Numbered from the stretch's first letter, positions 48,624-58,730 are shown. The stretch is 64,000 nt of DNA from an uncultured Acidimicrobiaceae bacterium (GCA_947258375.1 CAMYIJ010000015.1:1817-65816), one strand, 5' to 3'. Notes: generated from the letters alone by a model not told the origin. Numbers and translations are program-made.

Positions 48624-49604
48624 GTGAAGTTTGGAGCGTTTGTGCCACAGGGATGGCGACTCGATCTCGTGGGGATCGAGCAAGCCGATCATTGGCCGAC
48701 CATGCTCGAAATCGCCCGCACCATCGAGTCTTCCGGATTCGAGTCGTTGTGGGTCTTCGATCACTTCCACACCGTCCCCACGCCCACCCAGGAAGTGACC
48801 TACGAGGCATGGACGTTGATGGCGGCCCTCGCTGCCACCACCAGCACCGTGCGTCTCGGCCAGATGTGCACATGCAACTCCTACAGACCACCGTCGTATC
48901 TAGCCAAAGTGGCCGCGTCGGTTGATGTCATATCAGGTGGGCGGCTCGAGATGGGCATCGGAGCGGGGTGGTACGAGCATGAATACGTCGGGTACGGGTA
49001 CGAGTTTGCCAAGCCCTCGGTGCGGATCGGACGCCTCGGGGAAGCGGTCGACATCATGCAGCGCATGTGGACCGAGGATGAGGTGGTGTTCAAGGGGAAG
49101 CACTATTCACTCGACGGCGCCATTTGCCAGCCCAAGCCGGTACAGAAACCCCACATACCGATCTGGGTGGCCGGTGGTGGAGAACAGCTCACTTTGCGCG
49201 TGGCGGCTAACTCCGCCACCTACACCAACTTCGGTACGTCCGTCGACGAGTTCCGCCACAAATCGGAGGTTCTGGCCGCGCACTGCAAGGCGGTAGGACG
49301 GGACTTCGACACCATCACCCGCAGCTCCAATTTCACGATCGTGTGCGCGGACACCGAAGCCGGTGCCGCCGAGCACGTCGATGCCATCCGCGCCCACTAC
49401 GGTCGCTATGTCGAGGGTGCCACTTTGGAACGGAGCATGCGTATGTACGGGTCAATGGCTGGAACTCCCGAGCAACTCATAGACATGTTGCGCCCCTGGG
49501 TCGAGGCGGGCATGGCCTACGCCATCGTCAACTTCCCCGACGTCGCCACCGACCGCGGCGGGCTCGAGCTCTTCGCACGGGAGGTCATCCCGGCCCTCTC
49601 GTAG
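48624..49604 (+). CDS. LLM-class F420-dependent oxidoreductase
   Basis: MKFGAFVPQGW...IESSGFESLWVFDHF...GGRLEMGIGAGW, typical of F420-dependent luciferase-like enzymes. Confidence 0.85.
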   Translation: MKFGAFVPQGWRLDLVGIEQADHWPTMLEIARTIESSGFESLWVFDHFHTVPTPTQEVTYEAWTLMAALAATTSTVRLGQMCTCNSYRPPSYLAKVAASVDVISGGRLEMGIGAGWYEHEYVGYGYEFAKPSVRIGRLGEAVDIMQRMWTEDEVVFKGKHYSLDGAICQPKPVQKPHIPIWVAGGGEQLTLRVAANSATYTNFGTSVDEFRHKSEVLAAHCKAVGRDFDTITRSSNFTIVCADTEAGAAEHVDAIRAHYGRYVEGATLERSMRMYGSMAGTPEQLIDMLRPWVEAGMAYAIVNFPDVATDRGGLELFAREVIPALS

Positions 49605-49723
49605 GTGGGTATGGGCTACGGGTCCTAGGTGGGATAAGGCGCGTCATGTGCTGGGAGCGAGCGATCGCGCACATCGCCAAACAGGGCCGATCCTCCCCCC
49701 GGCGAGTGGTGTCGGGCCGCCCG

Positions 49724-50803
49724 CTAGACGAGCACGACCATATCGTCGCGGTGCACTACCGGTCCGGACAGGCCGGCGGTGACTTCCCGTGCGGCCAATC
49801 GGGTGAGGCCCTTGCCGATGAGGGAGCCCGCCGAATCGAGGATCTCGACTGCATCACCGACGCCGAAGTCGCCTTCCACGTTCGCCACTCCGACGGCGAG
49901 TAGCGAACTGCCGTTGGCGACAAGGGCGTTGCGCGCCCCATCGTCGACGGTGAGCTTGCCGGCGGCCGGCAACCCGAAGGCAATCCACAGCTTGCGGGAA
50001 GGGAGCTTCGCCGGGTGTGGTTCCACCCAGGTGCCAACGTCGGCGCCGGTGGCCGCCTTGAGCGTCACCTCGACGTCGTCGGCGGGTGCGATCACGGTGG
50101 GGATCCCCGACCAGGCCGCCATCCGGGCTGCGGCGATCTTCGTCGCCACTCCCCCGGAGCCGAGCACTCCTTTGCTCGACGTGGCCCACAGTTCGTCGAG
50201 CACTTCATCGGTGTACATCACGGCGCTGATCATCTCCGCCTGGGGCTGGAGGCGGGGATCGCTCAGATACAGCCCGGCAGTGTCGGTGAGGATGATCAGC
50301 ATCGCCGCGTCCACGAGATGGGCGACGATCGCCGCCAGACGATCGTTGTCGCCCAGCTTCAGCTCATCGACCACCACGGTGTCGTTTTCGTTCACAATCG
50401 GCACTACGCCCAGGTCGAGCATGCGTTCGAGCGCCTCCCGGGAATGGAGATACTGTTCCCGGCGGGCGAGCACGTCACGGGTGAGGAGCACCTGACCGGT
50501 GACGCGGCCCTGCGCCCCAAAAGCACCGCCGTAGCTCTCCATCAGCCGGCTTTGGCCGACGGCCGCCGCCACCTGCGAACCGGGGAGGTCGGCCGGTGGG
50601 CTGGTCAGACCGAGCACCGGCAACCCGGCGGCCACGGCACCGGACGACACCAGCACCGCAGGCCGGCCGCTCTGCCACAGCGATTCGACCTGCTCCGCCA
50701 CCCTGAGAATCGCATCGGAGGCGAGCCCGACACCGGGAGCCGACAGGCTCGAAGAGCCAACCTTCACGACCACCGGACGGCCGAGTGCGGCAGGGCGGCG
50801 CAT
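49724..50803 (-). CDS. proB: glutamate 5-kinase
   Basis: VVVKVGSSSL...NENDTV...PUA C-terminal domain. Confidence 0.9.
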   Translation of the reverse strand: MRRPAALGRPVVVKVGSSSLSAPGVGLASDAILRVAEQVESLWQSGRPAVLVSSGAVAAGLPVLGLTSPPADLPGSQVAAAVGQSRLMESYGGAFGAQGRVTGQVLLTRDVLARREQYLHSREALERMLDLGVVPIVNENDTVVVDELKLGDNDRLAAIVAHLVDAAMLIILTDTAGLYLSDPRLQPQAEMISAVMYTDEVLDELWATSSKGVLGSGGVATKIAAARMAAWSGIPTVIAPADDVEVTLKAATGADVGTWVEPHPAKLPSRKLWIAFGLPAAGKLTVDDGARNALVANGSSLLAVGVANVEGDFGVGDAVEILDSAGSLIGKGLTRLAAREVTAGLSGPVVHRDDMVVLV

Positions 50804-52068
50804 CAGTCGTTGCTCTCTGCGGGTGCGTACGTGAAGGTGATGTCACCGATCCGGACGTCATCTCCGGCGACCGCCCCGGCGTCGGCAAGGGCAGCATCGA
50901 CGCCGAGATACTCGAGCCGTTTGGCCGAGTAGTCGGCAGCTTCGGGAACGGTGAGGTCGGCGAGGTTGACGGCCCGTTCCGCCGCCCGTCCGCTAACGAC
51001 CCACGTCCCGCTGTCGCGGGACACGGAGAACGAAGCTCGCAGCGGCCGGTGGAGTACATAACCTTCCCGATCCGGGGCCTCCCGCACGTGGCGATCAACC
51101 TCATCGGCGACGGCGAACATGAGCTCATCGAGACCGTCACCGGTGACGCTCGACACCGGGAATAACTCGATTCCCGCCTGGCTCGCCCAGGCGAGAGGCT
51201 CGTCGAGGGCGTCGAGGGTATCGATCTTGGCCAGGGCGACCAGGTACGGGCGGCCAACGAGATCCGGTGAGTGGGCAGCCAGTTCGCTCAGCAGGACCTT
51301 GAGCTGCTCCGGGTAGCCGGTCTCCTGGAGCTCCGAAGGATCGAGGAGGATGATCAACACCCGGGCCCGCTCCGTGTGGCGCAGGAATTCGTGGCCCAGG
51401 CCCTTGCCCTCCGCTGCACCTTCGATCAGCCCCGGGATGTCGGCCAGAACGAACTCACGGTCGCCGAGGGCCACCACCCCGAGGTTGGGCTCGAGCGTCG
51501 TAAAGGGGTAGTCGGCGATCTTGGGCTTGGCCGCCGATACTCGGGAGATCAGCGTTGATTTCCCCGCATTGGGATAGCCGATCAGAGCGGCGTCGGCGAT
51601 CAGCTTCATCTCGAGTGAGATCCAGATTGCCTCGCCGTACTCCCCCTGCTCGGCGAACGTCGGAGCTTTGCGATCCGGGCTTACGAAGGAGGCGTTGCCG
51701 CGGCCGCCGCGGCCGCCGTGAACCACCGTCACCTCCTGGCCGTCGGTCACCAGGTCGGCAATCAGGCTGTCGTCCTCGTCATAGACGATCGTACCGAGGG
51801 GCACATCGAGGTGGAGGTCGGTGCCGACCTTGCCGTGCCTGAAATCGCCCTCGCCGTGGCTTCCGTTTCCCGCCGTCCAGTGCGGCTGCCGGGAATACTT
51901 GAGCAAGCTGGAGGCATCCGCTGAGGCGCGCACGAGGACGTCGCCGCCTCCGCCACCGGAACCGCCGCACGGCTTGCCGCGGGGCCGGCCGCGCTGGCGC
52001 ACAAAGGAAGAGACTCCGGCGCCGCCGTCACCGCCGCGCACCTGAATACGGACCCGATCGACGAACAT
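50803..52068 (-). CDS. obg: GTPase Obg
   Basis: Obg fold N-terminus (MFVDRVRIQVRGGDGGAG, Gly-rich), GTPase GYPNAGKSTL, and a C-terminal OCT-like domain. Confidence 0.9.
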   Translation of the reverse strand: MFVDRVRIQVRGGDGGAGVSSFVRQRGRPRGKPCGGSGGGGGDVLVRASADASSLLKYSRQPHWTAGNGSHGEGDFRHGKVGTDLHLDVPLGTIVYDEDDSLIADLVTDGQEVTVVHGGRGGRGNASFVSPDRKAPTFAEQGEYGEAIWISLEMKLIADAALIGYPNAGKSTLISRVSAAKPKIADYPFTTLEPNLGVVALGDREFVLADIPGLIEGAAEGKGLGHEFLRHTERARVLIILLDPSELQETGYPEQLKVLLSELAAHSPDLVGRPYLVALAKIDTLDALDEPLAWASQAGIELFPVSSVTGDGLDELMFAVADEVDRHVREAPDREGYVLHRPLRASFSVSRDSGTWVVSGRAAERAVNLADLTVPEAADYSAKRLEYLGVDAALADAGAVAGDDVRIGDITFTYAPAESND

Positions 52069-52129
52069 GTTGCGCCCCTGCCGAATGGCGCCCGAAGGAG
52101 CGGATTCGGCGAACTAAGAGTGCGGTCGA

Positions 52130-52384
52130 CTACTCAACCGTGTTGATGGAAACCCGGCGACGACCCCGCCGGCTGCCGTACTCGACGGTGCCGTCGATCT
52201 TGGCAAACAGGGTGTCATCGCTGCCTTTGCCAACGTTCTCGCCTGGGTGAATGCGGGTTCCGCGCTGGCGGACCAGCACCGAGCCGGCGGTGACGAACTG
52301 GCCGTCGAAAGCCTTCGGTCCGAGTCTTTGTGCTGCTGAATCGCGGCCGTTCTTAGATGAGCCGCTGGCCTTGGTCTTTGACAT
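52130..52384 (-). CDS. rpmA: 50S ribosomal protein L27
   Basis: [22 protein letters not shown]...FAKIDGTV. Confidence 0.95.
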   Translation of the reverse strand: MSKTKASGSSKNGRDSAAQRLGPKAFDGQFVTAGSVLVRQRGTRIHPGENVGKGSDDTLFAKIDGTVEYGSRRGRRRVSINTVE

Positions 52385-52387
52385 GGC

Positions 52388-52762
52388 TCACGCCTCCCCG
52401 TCAGATTCGGTCTTCTTCTCAGCCGCAGCCTTCTTCTTCGCTGCTGCCTTCTTCGGACCTTTGATTTTCGTTACTTCGAGCCGGGTATAGGTCTGGCGAT
52501 GGCCCTGGCGCCGCCGGTATCCCGTCTTGTTCTTGTACTTGAAGATATCGATCTTCTCGCCGCGGCTCTCGCCGATCACTTTGGCGTTCACGGAGGCCTT
52601 CTGAAGAGCCTCGCGGTCGGATACGACCGAGCCATCGTCTGCAACGAGCAGCAACGGTGTGAAGCTGATCTCGTCACCGGCTTCCTTGATTCGCTCGACG
52701 TCGATGACGTCTCCTTCGCGAACCTTCGCTTGTTTGCCGCCTGCGCGGATGATGGCGTACAT
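52388..52762 (-). CDS. rplU: 50S ribosomal protein L21 with Lys/Ala-rich C-terminal tail
   Basis: MYAIIRAGGKQAKV...IDIFKYKNKTGYRRRQGHRQ plus a KKAAAKKKAAAEKK tail. Confidence 0.9.
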   Translation of the reverse strand: MYAIIRAGGKQAKVREGDVIDVERIKEAGDEISFTPLLLVADDGSVVSDREALQKASVNAKVIGESRGEKIDIFKYKNKTGYRRRQGHRQTYTRLEVTKIKGPKKAAAKKKAAAEKKTESDGEA

Positions 52763-52854
52763 GTTTCCTCCGAGTAGGAGCGGCATCGCCGCACGCGACG
52801 ACGCGCTCTGAAGTGCCCGAGAATGATAGTCGAGCCGCAGGCGGCCCGAAATCG

Positions 52855-54486
52855 TTATTCGGTTGAGTCGATCGAATCGGCTGCGGCAGGCAACGGCACC
52901 CCGGTCGTCGCTGAATCCTCGTGGAGGAGTATGCCGCGCCCCGCACACGTTGGGCACACTTCGGAGAAGCTCTCCAACAGGCCGGCGGACACGTTCTTGC
53001 GCGTCATTTCGACAAGGCCAAGGTTGGAGACGTCGAACACCTGGGTGCGCATCTTGTCTTTGGCGAGATGCTCTCTGAACCGCAGCAGAACCTGCTCCTG
53101 GTTCTTGAGGATCTCCATGTCGATGAAGTCGATCACGATGATGCCCCCGATGTCGCGGAGGCGCAATTGACGGGCGATCTCCTCTGCTGCTTCGAGGTTG
53201 TTCTGCAGCACCGTGTCCTCGAGGTTGCTCCGGCCAACGAACTTGCCGGTGTTGACGTCGATGACGGTCAGTGCCTCCGTGCGGTCGATCACGATGTGCC
53301 CACCCGAGGGCAGCCACACCTTGCGGTCGAGCGCCTTGCGCAGCTGATCCTCAACATGGAAACGCTCGAAGATCGAGAGTTCGTCCTTGTAGAGCTGGAC
53401 CTTGTCCTTGAGATCGGCCTCGGTGCCTTCGAGGTACTTGAGCACGTTGTCGTACGTCTTCTTGTCGTCGATCATCAGTCGACGGAAGTCCTTGGTGAAG
53501 TTCTCGCGGATCACACGGAGTACCAGGGGCGGCTCGCTGTACAGCAGCGCCGGTGCGGTCACGTTGTCCCGTTTGCCCTCGATGTCCTTCCAGATCTCGA
53601 GGAGCCGCTCGATATCCGCCTTGATGTCGTCGCGGGAGGCGCCCTCGGCGGCCGTCCGCACGATGATGCCCATCCCCTTGGGGCGCAACTCGCCGACGAT
53701 CTCGCGGAGGCGGCGCCGCTCCTCATCGGTGAGGCGGCGAGAGATTCCTCGCACGTCGGCATCCGGCGACAGGACGAGGTAGCGGCCGGCGAGGCTGATC
53801 TGGTTGGTCAGCCGGGCACCCTTGTGGCCCATGGCGTCCTTGACGACCTGGACGAGCACAGAGTCTCCGGGCCGCAGGGCCATCTCGATGCGCTTCTTCT
53901 TGCCCTCGATCTCAAAATCGTCGTAGTTGATGTCACCGGCGTAGAGAACGCCGTTCTTGCCTTCGCCGAAGTCGACGAAGGCGGCTTCCATGCCGGGGAG
54001 CACATTGCGGACCTTGCCCATGTAGACGTTGTTGACCAACGACTTCTGGTCGGACCGGGCAACGTAGTGCTCGACGAGAACCGGTCCCTCGAGCACCACG
54101 ATTTGGGTCTGGTGCGGGCTGGAACGGACCAGCATCTGCTTGCGCGCCGTCTCCGGTGGCTGCACGACCTCGAAGTGCGGGCGGGGCCGGCGAGTCGTTC
54201 GTGAGCCGCCGCGCTGCTGGCCCGACTTGGGCTTGCCCGACTGTGGCTGGCGCTGCTTCTGGCGGCGCTGTCGATCGTCTGTGCGGGACTTGCCGGAATT
54301 GCCGCCGGATCGTGATCGACCCGACTTCTGCTTCTGACCCTGGGCGGGCCCTTCCGTCTTAGAGGGCGCCGTCTTGAATCGCCGTACCGTCACGGCTTTG
54401 TCGCCCACGTTGTGGACGGCCCTCACTTCGACCGCGTCGCTGCGGCGCACGACGCGCGCAGCTTTCTTGCGGAATAGTGCCATCAA
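52855..54486 (-). CDS. ribonuclease E/G family endoribonuclease
   Basis: Basic low-complexity N-terminus, an S1 domain, catalytic DNase-I-like region (...VIDFIDM...), and a C-terminal CPTCAGRG Zn-link-like motif. A ~430-nt 5' leader follows. Confidence 0.85.
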   Translation of the reverse strand: MMALFRKKAARVVRRSDAVEVRAVHNVGDKAVTVRRFKTAPSKTEGPAQGQKQKSGRSRSGGNSGKSRTDDRQRRQKQRQPQSGKPKSGQQRGGSRTTRRPRPHFEVVQPPETARKQMLVRSSPHQTQIVVLEGPVLVEHYVARSDQKSLVNNVYMGKVRNVLPGMEAAFVDFGEGKNGVLYAGDINYDDFEIEGKKKRIEMALRPGDSVLVQVVKDAMGHKGARLTNQISLAGRYLVLSPDADVRGISRRLTDEERRRLREIVGELRPKGMGIIVRTAAEGASRDDIKADIERLLEIWKDIEGKRDNVTAPALLYSEPPLVLRVIRENFTKDFRRLMIDDKKTYDNVLKYLEGTEADLKDKVQLYKDELSIFERFHVEDQLRKALDRKVWLPSGGHIVIDRTEALTVIDVNTGKFVGRSNLEDTVLQNNLEAAEEIARQLRLRDIGGIIVIDFIDMEILKNQEQVLLRFREHLAKDKMRTQVFDVSNLGLVEMTRKNVSAGLLESFSEVCPTCAGRGILLHEDSATTGVPLPAAADSIDSTE

Positions 54487-54774
54487 AAATCTCCTTAAAG
54501 GGCGCCGCGCTCAAGCCGGTATGCGCGCAGCGGGCGCCATGGTTGTCCGATGATCGGATGACGGACGAACAGGCGAGGGGGAGGACGGACGTACCACGGA
54601 ATAAAGCTGTCATACGCAGCGGAACGCAAAGGTTCGGCATGGGTGTCCTTGGCCGGTTCATCGTCGGCCGCGCAGCGGCCCGATCGGAATGTCAGAGTAG
54701 CACAGACTCTCCGTGCTCCTTTCCATAGGTATCGGACGAGATGAGCGCGGAGTTCAGCGAAAGGTGTCGCGGAG

Positions 54775-54950
54775 TACTCAGTACTCAGTATCCAGTACTC
54801 AGTACGCGCCGCACCTGTTCGCACGATCTGAGTACTGAAGCGAGGCGCCAGCCGAGCGCTACTGACTACTGACTACTGAGTACTGAAGCGAGGCGCCAGC
54901 CGAGCGCTACTGACTACTGATTACTGATTACTGCTTCTGCGTTCGCCTCG
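54775..54950. repeat. heptanucleotide (TACTGAN / inverted GTACTCA) tandem arrays plus a duplicated ~50-nt unit, downstream of and overlapping the tdk 3' end
   Basis: GAGTACTCAGTACTCAGTATCCAGTACTCAGTAC, then two copies of GAGTACTGAAGCGAGGCGCCAGCCGAGCGCTACTGACTACTGA, then CTACTGATTACTGATTACTG. This is lower in GC than the surrounding sequence. Confidence 0.7.
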
Positions 54951-55537
54951 GACAGATCGATCGCCAGCGTTTCCTGCTGGGGCTCCTGGGGGTCGTAACA
55001 ACGCCGGCACCGCGCCTCGTAGGAGTCGGTGGCGCCGAGCACAACGAGTTCCTCCGATTCGACGACGCGTTGGGTGTGTAAACCGGGTCCTCCGCAGCGG
55101 TGGCACACCGCCAGGCTCTTGGTGATGTACTCCGCCTTCAACATCAACGATGGAATGGGCTCGAAGGGACGCCCCAGGTAGTCGGTATCGAGACCGGCCA
55201 CGATCACCTGCTTGCCGGCGTCTGCCAGAAGGACCGCCACCTCGGTCAACCCGTCGTCGAAGAACTGGCCCTCGTCGATACCGACGACGATCGTACGATC
55301 CTCCACGGCCTTGAGCAGGTCCTGGCTCGTCTCGACGGGGACTGCCGGAGTGCTGAGGCGGGAATGGGACACCACCTCACCGACCGCGTAGCGAATGTCG
55401 AGAGCCGGCTTGAACACCTGCGTCGGAACGCGGGCCAGCTCGTAGCGGGTGATCCGCCGGATCAGCTCCTCTGATTTCCCGGAAAACATGGGCCCCGCGA
55501 TGACCTCAATCCAGCCCTGACCCGCTCTCCGATGCAT
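54914..55537 (-). CDS. tdk: thymidine kinase
   Basis: AGPMFSGKSEELIRR P-loop, and a Zn-ribbon C...C...CxxC near the C-terminus (CHRCGG...CRRC). The last five codons (VISNQ*) are encoded by the heptamer repeat. Confidence 0.85.
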   Translation of the reverse strand: MHRRAGQGWIEVIAGPMFSGKSEELIRRITRYELARVPTQVFKPALDIRYAVGEVVSHSRLSTPAVPVETSQDLLKAVEDRTIVVGIDEGQFFDDGLTEVAVLLADAGKQVIVAGLDTDYLGRPFEPIPSLMLKAEYITKSLAVCHRCGGPGLHTQRVVESEELVVLGATDSYEARCRRCYDPQEPQQETLAIDLSEANAEAVISNQ

Positions 55538-55554
55538 AAAAGGGAGCGTAGCAC

Positions 55555-55620
55555 CGCGGCTAGTACTGGATACTGAGTACGGAGTACTGACATACTGAGT
55601 ACGGAGTACTGAGTACTGAC
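55555..55620. repeat. heptanucleotide TACTGAG/TACGGAG/TACTGAC array upstream of tdk
   Basis: TAGTACTGGATACTGAGTACGGAGTACTGACATACTGAGTACGGAGTACTGAGTACTGACCTACTCA. The rodA stop codon (TAG) lies in the last unit. Confidence 0.7.
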
Positions 55621-56781
55621 CTACTCATCGGGCACCGGGCTGCGCCGCATCCAGACGGAGTGGGCCAGGCCGAGACCGAGACTCATCGCGATGAAGAATG
55701 TTCCCCCCGCACTGAGAAACGGCAACGGCAGGCCGGTTACAGGCACCATACGCAACGTCATGCCGACGTTGACGAAGACGTGGAACACGAGCAGTGCGGC
55801 GATTCCCACGGCGACCATCTGCGAGAACCGGTCGCGGCCGTTGGCGGCCGCAACGAGTAATCGCCACGCAATCATCGCGTAGAGGCCGAGAACGATCGTG
55901 CCACCCACGAACCCGAGCTGCTCGCCTACGGCAGTGAAGATGAAGTCGGAGCTCTGCTCGGGCACAAAAGACAGGTTCGTTTGGGTGGCATCCTCCGCGA
56001 ACAGGCCCTTCCCGAAGATGCCGCCAGACCCGATAGCGATCTGGGATTGAAGATGGTTGTAGTTGGCGTTCTCCCGGTCGGCTCCCCCGTCGAGGAAGGA
56101 GGTAACCCGCTGGATCTGGTATTGCTCGATTGCGCCGACCTGGAATAGCGCGACCGCCATGACAGACGCCGTCAGCGCGATGAACGCGAGCTGGCGAAGT
56201 GTGGTCCCGCCCACGAACAGCATCACGACGGAGACGAACGCGAACACAAGCATCGTGCCGAGATCGGGTTGGCGAAAGATCAGCGCAGCCGGCAACCCGA
56301 CGAGGAAGACCGCGGCGGCGATGTGATTCCACTTCAGCTCTGCACCGGCATTCGCCAGGAGTACAGCCAACGCCAGGATCACCGCCATCTTGGCGAACTC
56401 CGACGGCTGGAGCTGGAGGGGGCCAATCTCAATCCAGCGCTGGGCACCCTTCAGCTCCCTCCCGAAGGCGAGGACCAGGGCCAAAGCGACCACCGATCCC
56501 GTGTAGAACGGTATCGACAGGCTGCGCAGCGTTCGGCCGCCGATCAGGGACGCCGCAATGAATACGGCGAAGCCGAGGATCACGAAGATGATGTGACGCC
56601 GGACAGTCGTCCCGGGATCGATGCCGAGCAGCTCGTTGCGGGGGGCCGAGGCGGTGTAGACCATCACGATCCCGAGCGCCGAGAGCGCCAGGTAGGGCAA
56701 GACCAGGAGCAGGTCGGGACGTAGCGATCGCTCCCGCTGGAGGATGGTGACCGGCTCGGTGCGACGCGTGGTGAGAACCAT
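55621..56781 (-). CDS. rodA: SEDS-family peptidoglycan polymerase RodA
   Basis: 10-TM FtsW/RodA family (...QPSEFAK..., ...GSGG...). Confidence 0.9.
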   Translation of the reverse strand: MVLTTRRTEPVTILQRERSLRPDLLLVLPYLALSALGIVMVYTASAPRNELLGIDPGTTVRRHIIFVILGFAVFIAASLIGGRTLRSLSIPFYTGSVVALALVLAFGRELKGAQRWIEIGPLQLQPSEFAKMAVILALAVLLANAGAELKWNHIAAAVFLVGLPAALIFRQPDLGTMLVFAFVSVVMLFVGGTTLRQLAFIALTASVMAVALFQVGAIEQYQIQRVTSFLDGGADRENANYNHLQSQIAIGSGGIFGKGLFAEDATQTNLSFVPEQSSDFIFTAVGEQLGFVGGTIVLGLYAMIAWRLLVAAANGRDRFSQMVAVGIAALLVFHVFVNVGMTLRMVPVTGLPLPFLSAGGTFFIAMSLGLGLAHSVWMRRSPVPDE

Positions 56782-58730
56782 CAGTCGGACTCCTCCCCGG
56801 CGCCCACGTCGGTGACGCCGTCTGCGCCGTTCAGGAGGAACTGCAGCACCCGTGCCGCCGTGGGAGCCGCGATCCGGCCTCCCGAGCCGCCCCGCTCGAT
56901 GATGACCACTACGACATACTTTGGATCGTTGATCGGTGCCACGCCGACGAACAGCGCGGTGTCGACGTCCTCGGGCTCGTCGCCGGTGCCCTTGATGACC
57001 TCGCCGGTGCCCGTCTTGCCGCCGACCAGTTCCACGTTCTCACCGAAGTTCGCAAACGCGGTGCGAGCGGTGCCCCGGGAACCGTTGACGGCCTGCTGCA
57101 GATCGAATCTCAACAGCTCGTCGGTGCGCTCGCCGAGCTCGAGAGCGCTGGCGGCAAAGGGCGGATTGTCGAGCACGGTGCCATCGGCGGTTTCGACCCG
57201 ATCGACCACCCTTGGCTGCCAAACCGTCCCTCCGTTGACCATGGCTGCGTACGCGTTGGCCAGCTGCAGCGGCGTGGCCAGCACCGAGCCCTGGCCGATG
57301 ACGATGTTCATCACGTCACCGCCCGCCCATGGCGTATCCCTCACGAGCAGAGGGGTCTCTTCTTGGGCCGTCGTGAACCAATCCTCATCCGGAATCAGAC
57401 CGCGCCGCTCGAATGGCAGATCGATCCCGGACGTCTTGTCGAAACCGAACTTGCGAGCCCATTGCTGAAGAAGATCCTGGTCATACTCGGAGCCGCGCCC
57501 GTTCCACACCTTGAGTGCGATCTCCCAGAAGTAGAGGTCGCATGACGCCTGGAGCCCACCGTGGAGATCAATCTCGCCGTGCCCGTCGGCCAACCAGTCG
57601 TTGTACACCTGCCGGCTGCCGTCGTTGAATCTGAACTCGAGAAGCCCATCGCAGTCGTACAACCCTTGGTGCGTATCTACCTCCTGGGGGAAGATCCCCT
57701 CCTCCAGGGCGGCGATGTAGGCGACGGTCTTGAAAGTCGAAGCCGGCGCATACAGGCCCTGAATGGCGAAGTTGTTGAACACCGCCTGCGAATTGAGGCG
57801 AGCCCACTCCTCCTCGGATACGCCCTCTACAAAGATATTGGGGTCAAACGCCGGGATCGACGACATTGCGAGGACGGATCCGTCGGTGACGTCAAGCACG
57901 ACCCCGGTGGCCCGCACCGGGCAGCCGGGATCCGCGTCGCGCGGCACACAACCGCCCTCCCGGTGCAGCTCGCGAGCCAGCGCGAGGCCCTGGTCCAGCG
58001 AACTGTTGAGCACTTCTTGAATCGGGCTGTCGATTGTGAGGATGACAGTGCCTCCCGGCGACGGCAACTGCTCACCCAATTGGTCGAGGATCTCGCCGCG
58101 CGCATTGATGCGGTATTTGATCCGACCGGATGTGCCGCGGATGACCCCGTCGTACTCGCGCTCTACGCCGGCCTTGCCAAGCACATCCGTCGGTTTGATT
58201 CCCGGCTTCTCGAGGTCGTCCGCATCGGGCCGGCCGATGTAGCCAAGCACGTCGGGCGCCAACTCTCCGTTGACATACACCCGGACGGGGGTTTCGACAA
58301 TCCGCACGCCGAGGAAGTCTTCCGGGTGTTCGGCCAGGAACACCACCTGTTCATCCGTGAGCTCGGGCACAACCACAATCCGGTCGCCGCGCGCCTGGGC
58401 CTCGTCGACAAGCTCGCCGATCTCGGCGGCTGTTTTCCCGGAGAAGGCGGCCAGGTTGCGCACCAGCTGGTCTCTCCCCGCGCGCGACACGAGGGCCCCT
58501 TCGATGACCGCCACCCGGGCGTTGCGGTTGTCGGCCAGAACCACCCCATTGATATCGTGGATCTGGCCGCGAGGTGCCGGGGTGTCGACGAACTTCACGA
58601 GGTTGTTCTGGGCGGCTTCCTCGTAGTCGGTAGCCGCGGTCACCTGGATCGACCACAGCCGCAGGGTCAGTATCGAGAAGAGCGTGGCGAAGGCAACGGC
58701 GAGGACGCCGAGACGCCATCCGATGTTCAA
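56781..58730 (-). CDS. mrdA: penicillin-binding protein 2 (elongasome transpeptidase)
   Basis: N-terminal TM anchor, dimerisation domain, and transpeptidase motifs (STFK at ...PASTFKTV..., SxN, KTG at ...GGKTGTG...). Confidence 0.9.
   Translation of the reverse strand: MNIGWRLGVLAVAFATLFSILTLRLWSIQVTAATDYEEAAQNNLVKFVDTPAPRGQIHDINGVVLADNRNARVAVIEGALVSRAGRDQLVRNLAAFSGKTAAEIGELVDEAQARGDRIVVVPELTDEQVVFLAEHPEDFLGVRIVETPVRVYVNGELAPDVLGYIGRPDADDLEKPGIKPTDVLGKAGVEREYDGVIRGTSGRIKYRINARGEILDQLGEQLPSPGGTVILTIDSPIQEVLNSSLDQGLALARELHREGGCVPRDADPGCPVRATGVVLDVTDGSVLAMSSIPAFDPNIFVEGVSEEEWARLNSQAVFNNFAIQGLYAPASTFKTVAYIAALEEGIFPQEVDTHQGLYDCDGLLEFRFNDGSRQVYNDWLADGHGEIDLHGGLQASCDLYFWEIALKVWNGRGSEYDQDLLQQWARKFGFDKTSGIDLPFERRGLIPDEDWFTTAQEETPLLVRDTPWAGGDVMNIVIGQGSVLATPLQLANAYAAMVNGGTVWQPRVVDRVETADGTVLDNPPFAASALELGERTDELLRFDLQQAVNGSRGTARTAFANFGENVELVGGKTGTGEVIKGTGDEPEDVDTALFVGVAPINDPKYVVVVIIERGGSGGRIAAPTAARVLQFLLNGADGVTDVGAGEESD

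Noticed and set aside
52921-54204. 427-aa + strand ORF
   Set aside because: It is antisense to the RNase E/G gene and shows no motif support.
54775-55625. Possible CRISPR array (short tandem repeats flanking tdk)
   Set aside because: The units are 7 nt without unique spacers, and the 50-nt unit is only duplicated. No cas genes. This is not CRISPR architecture.
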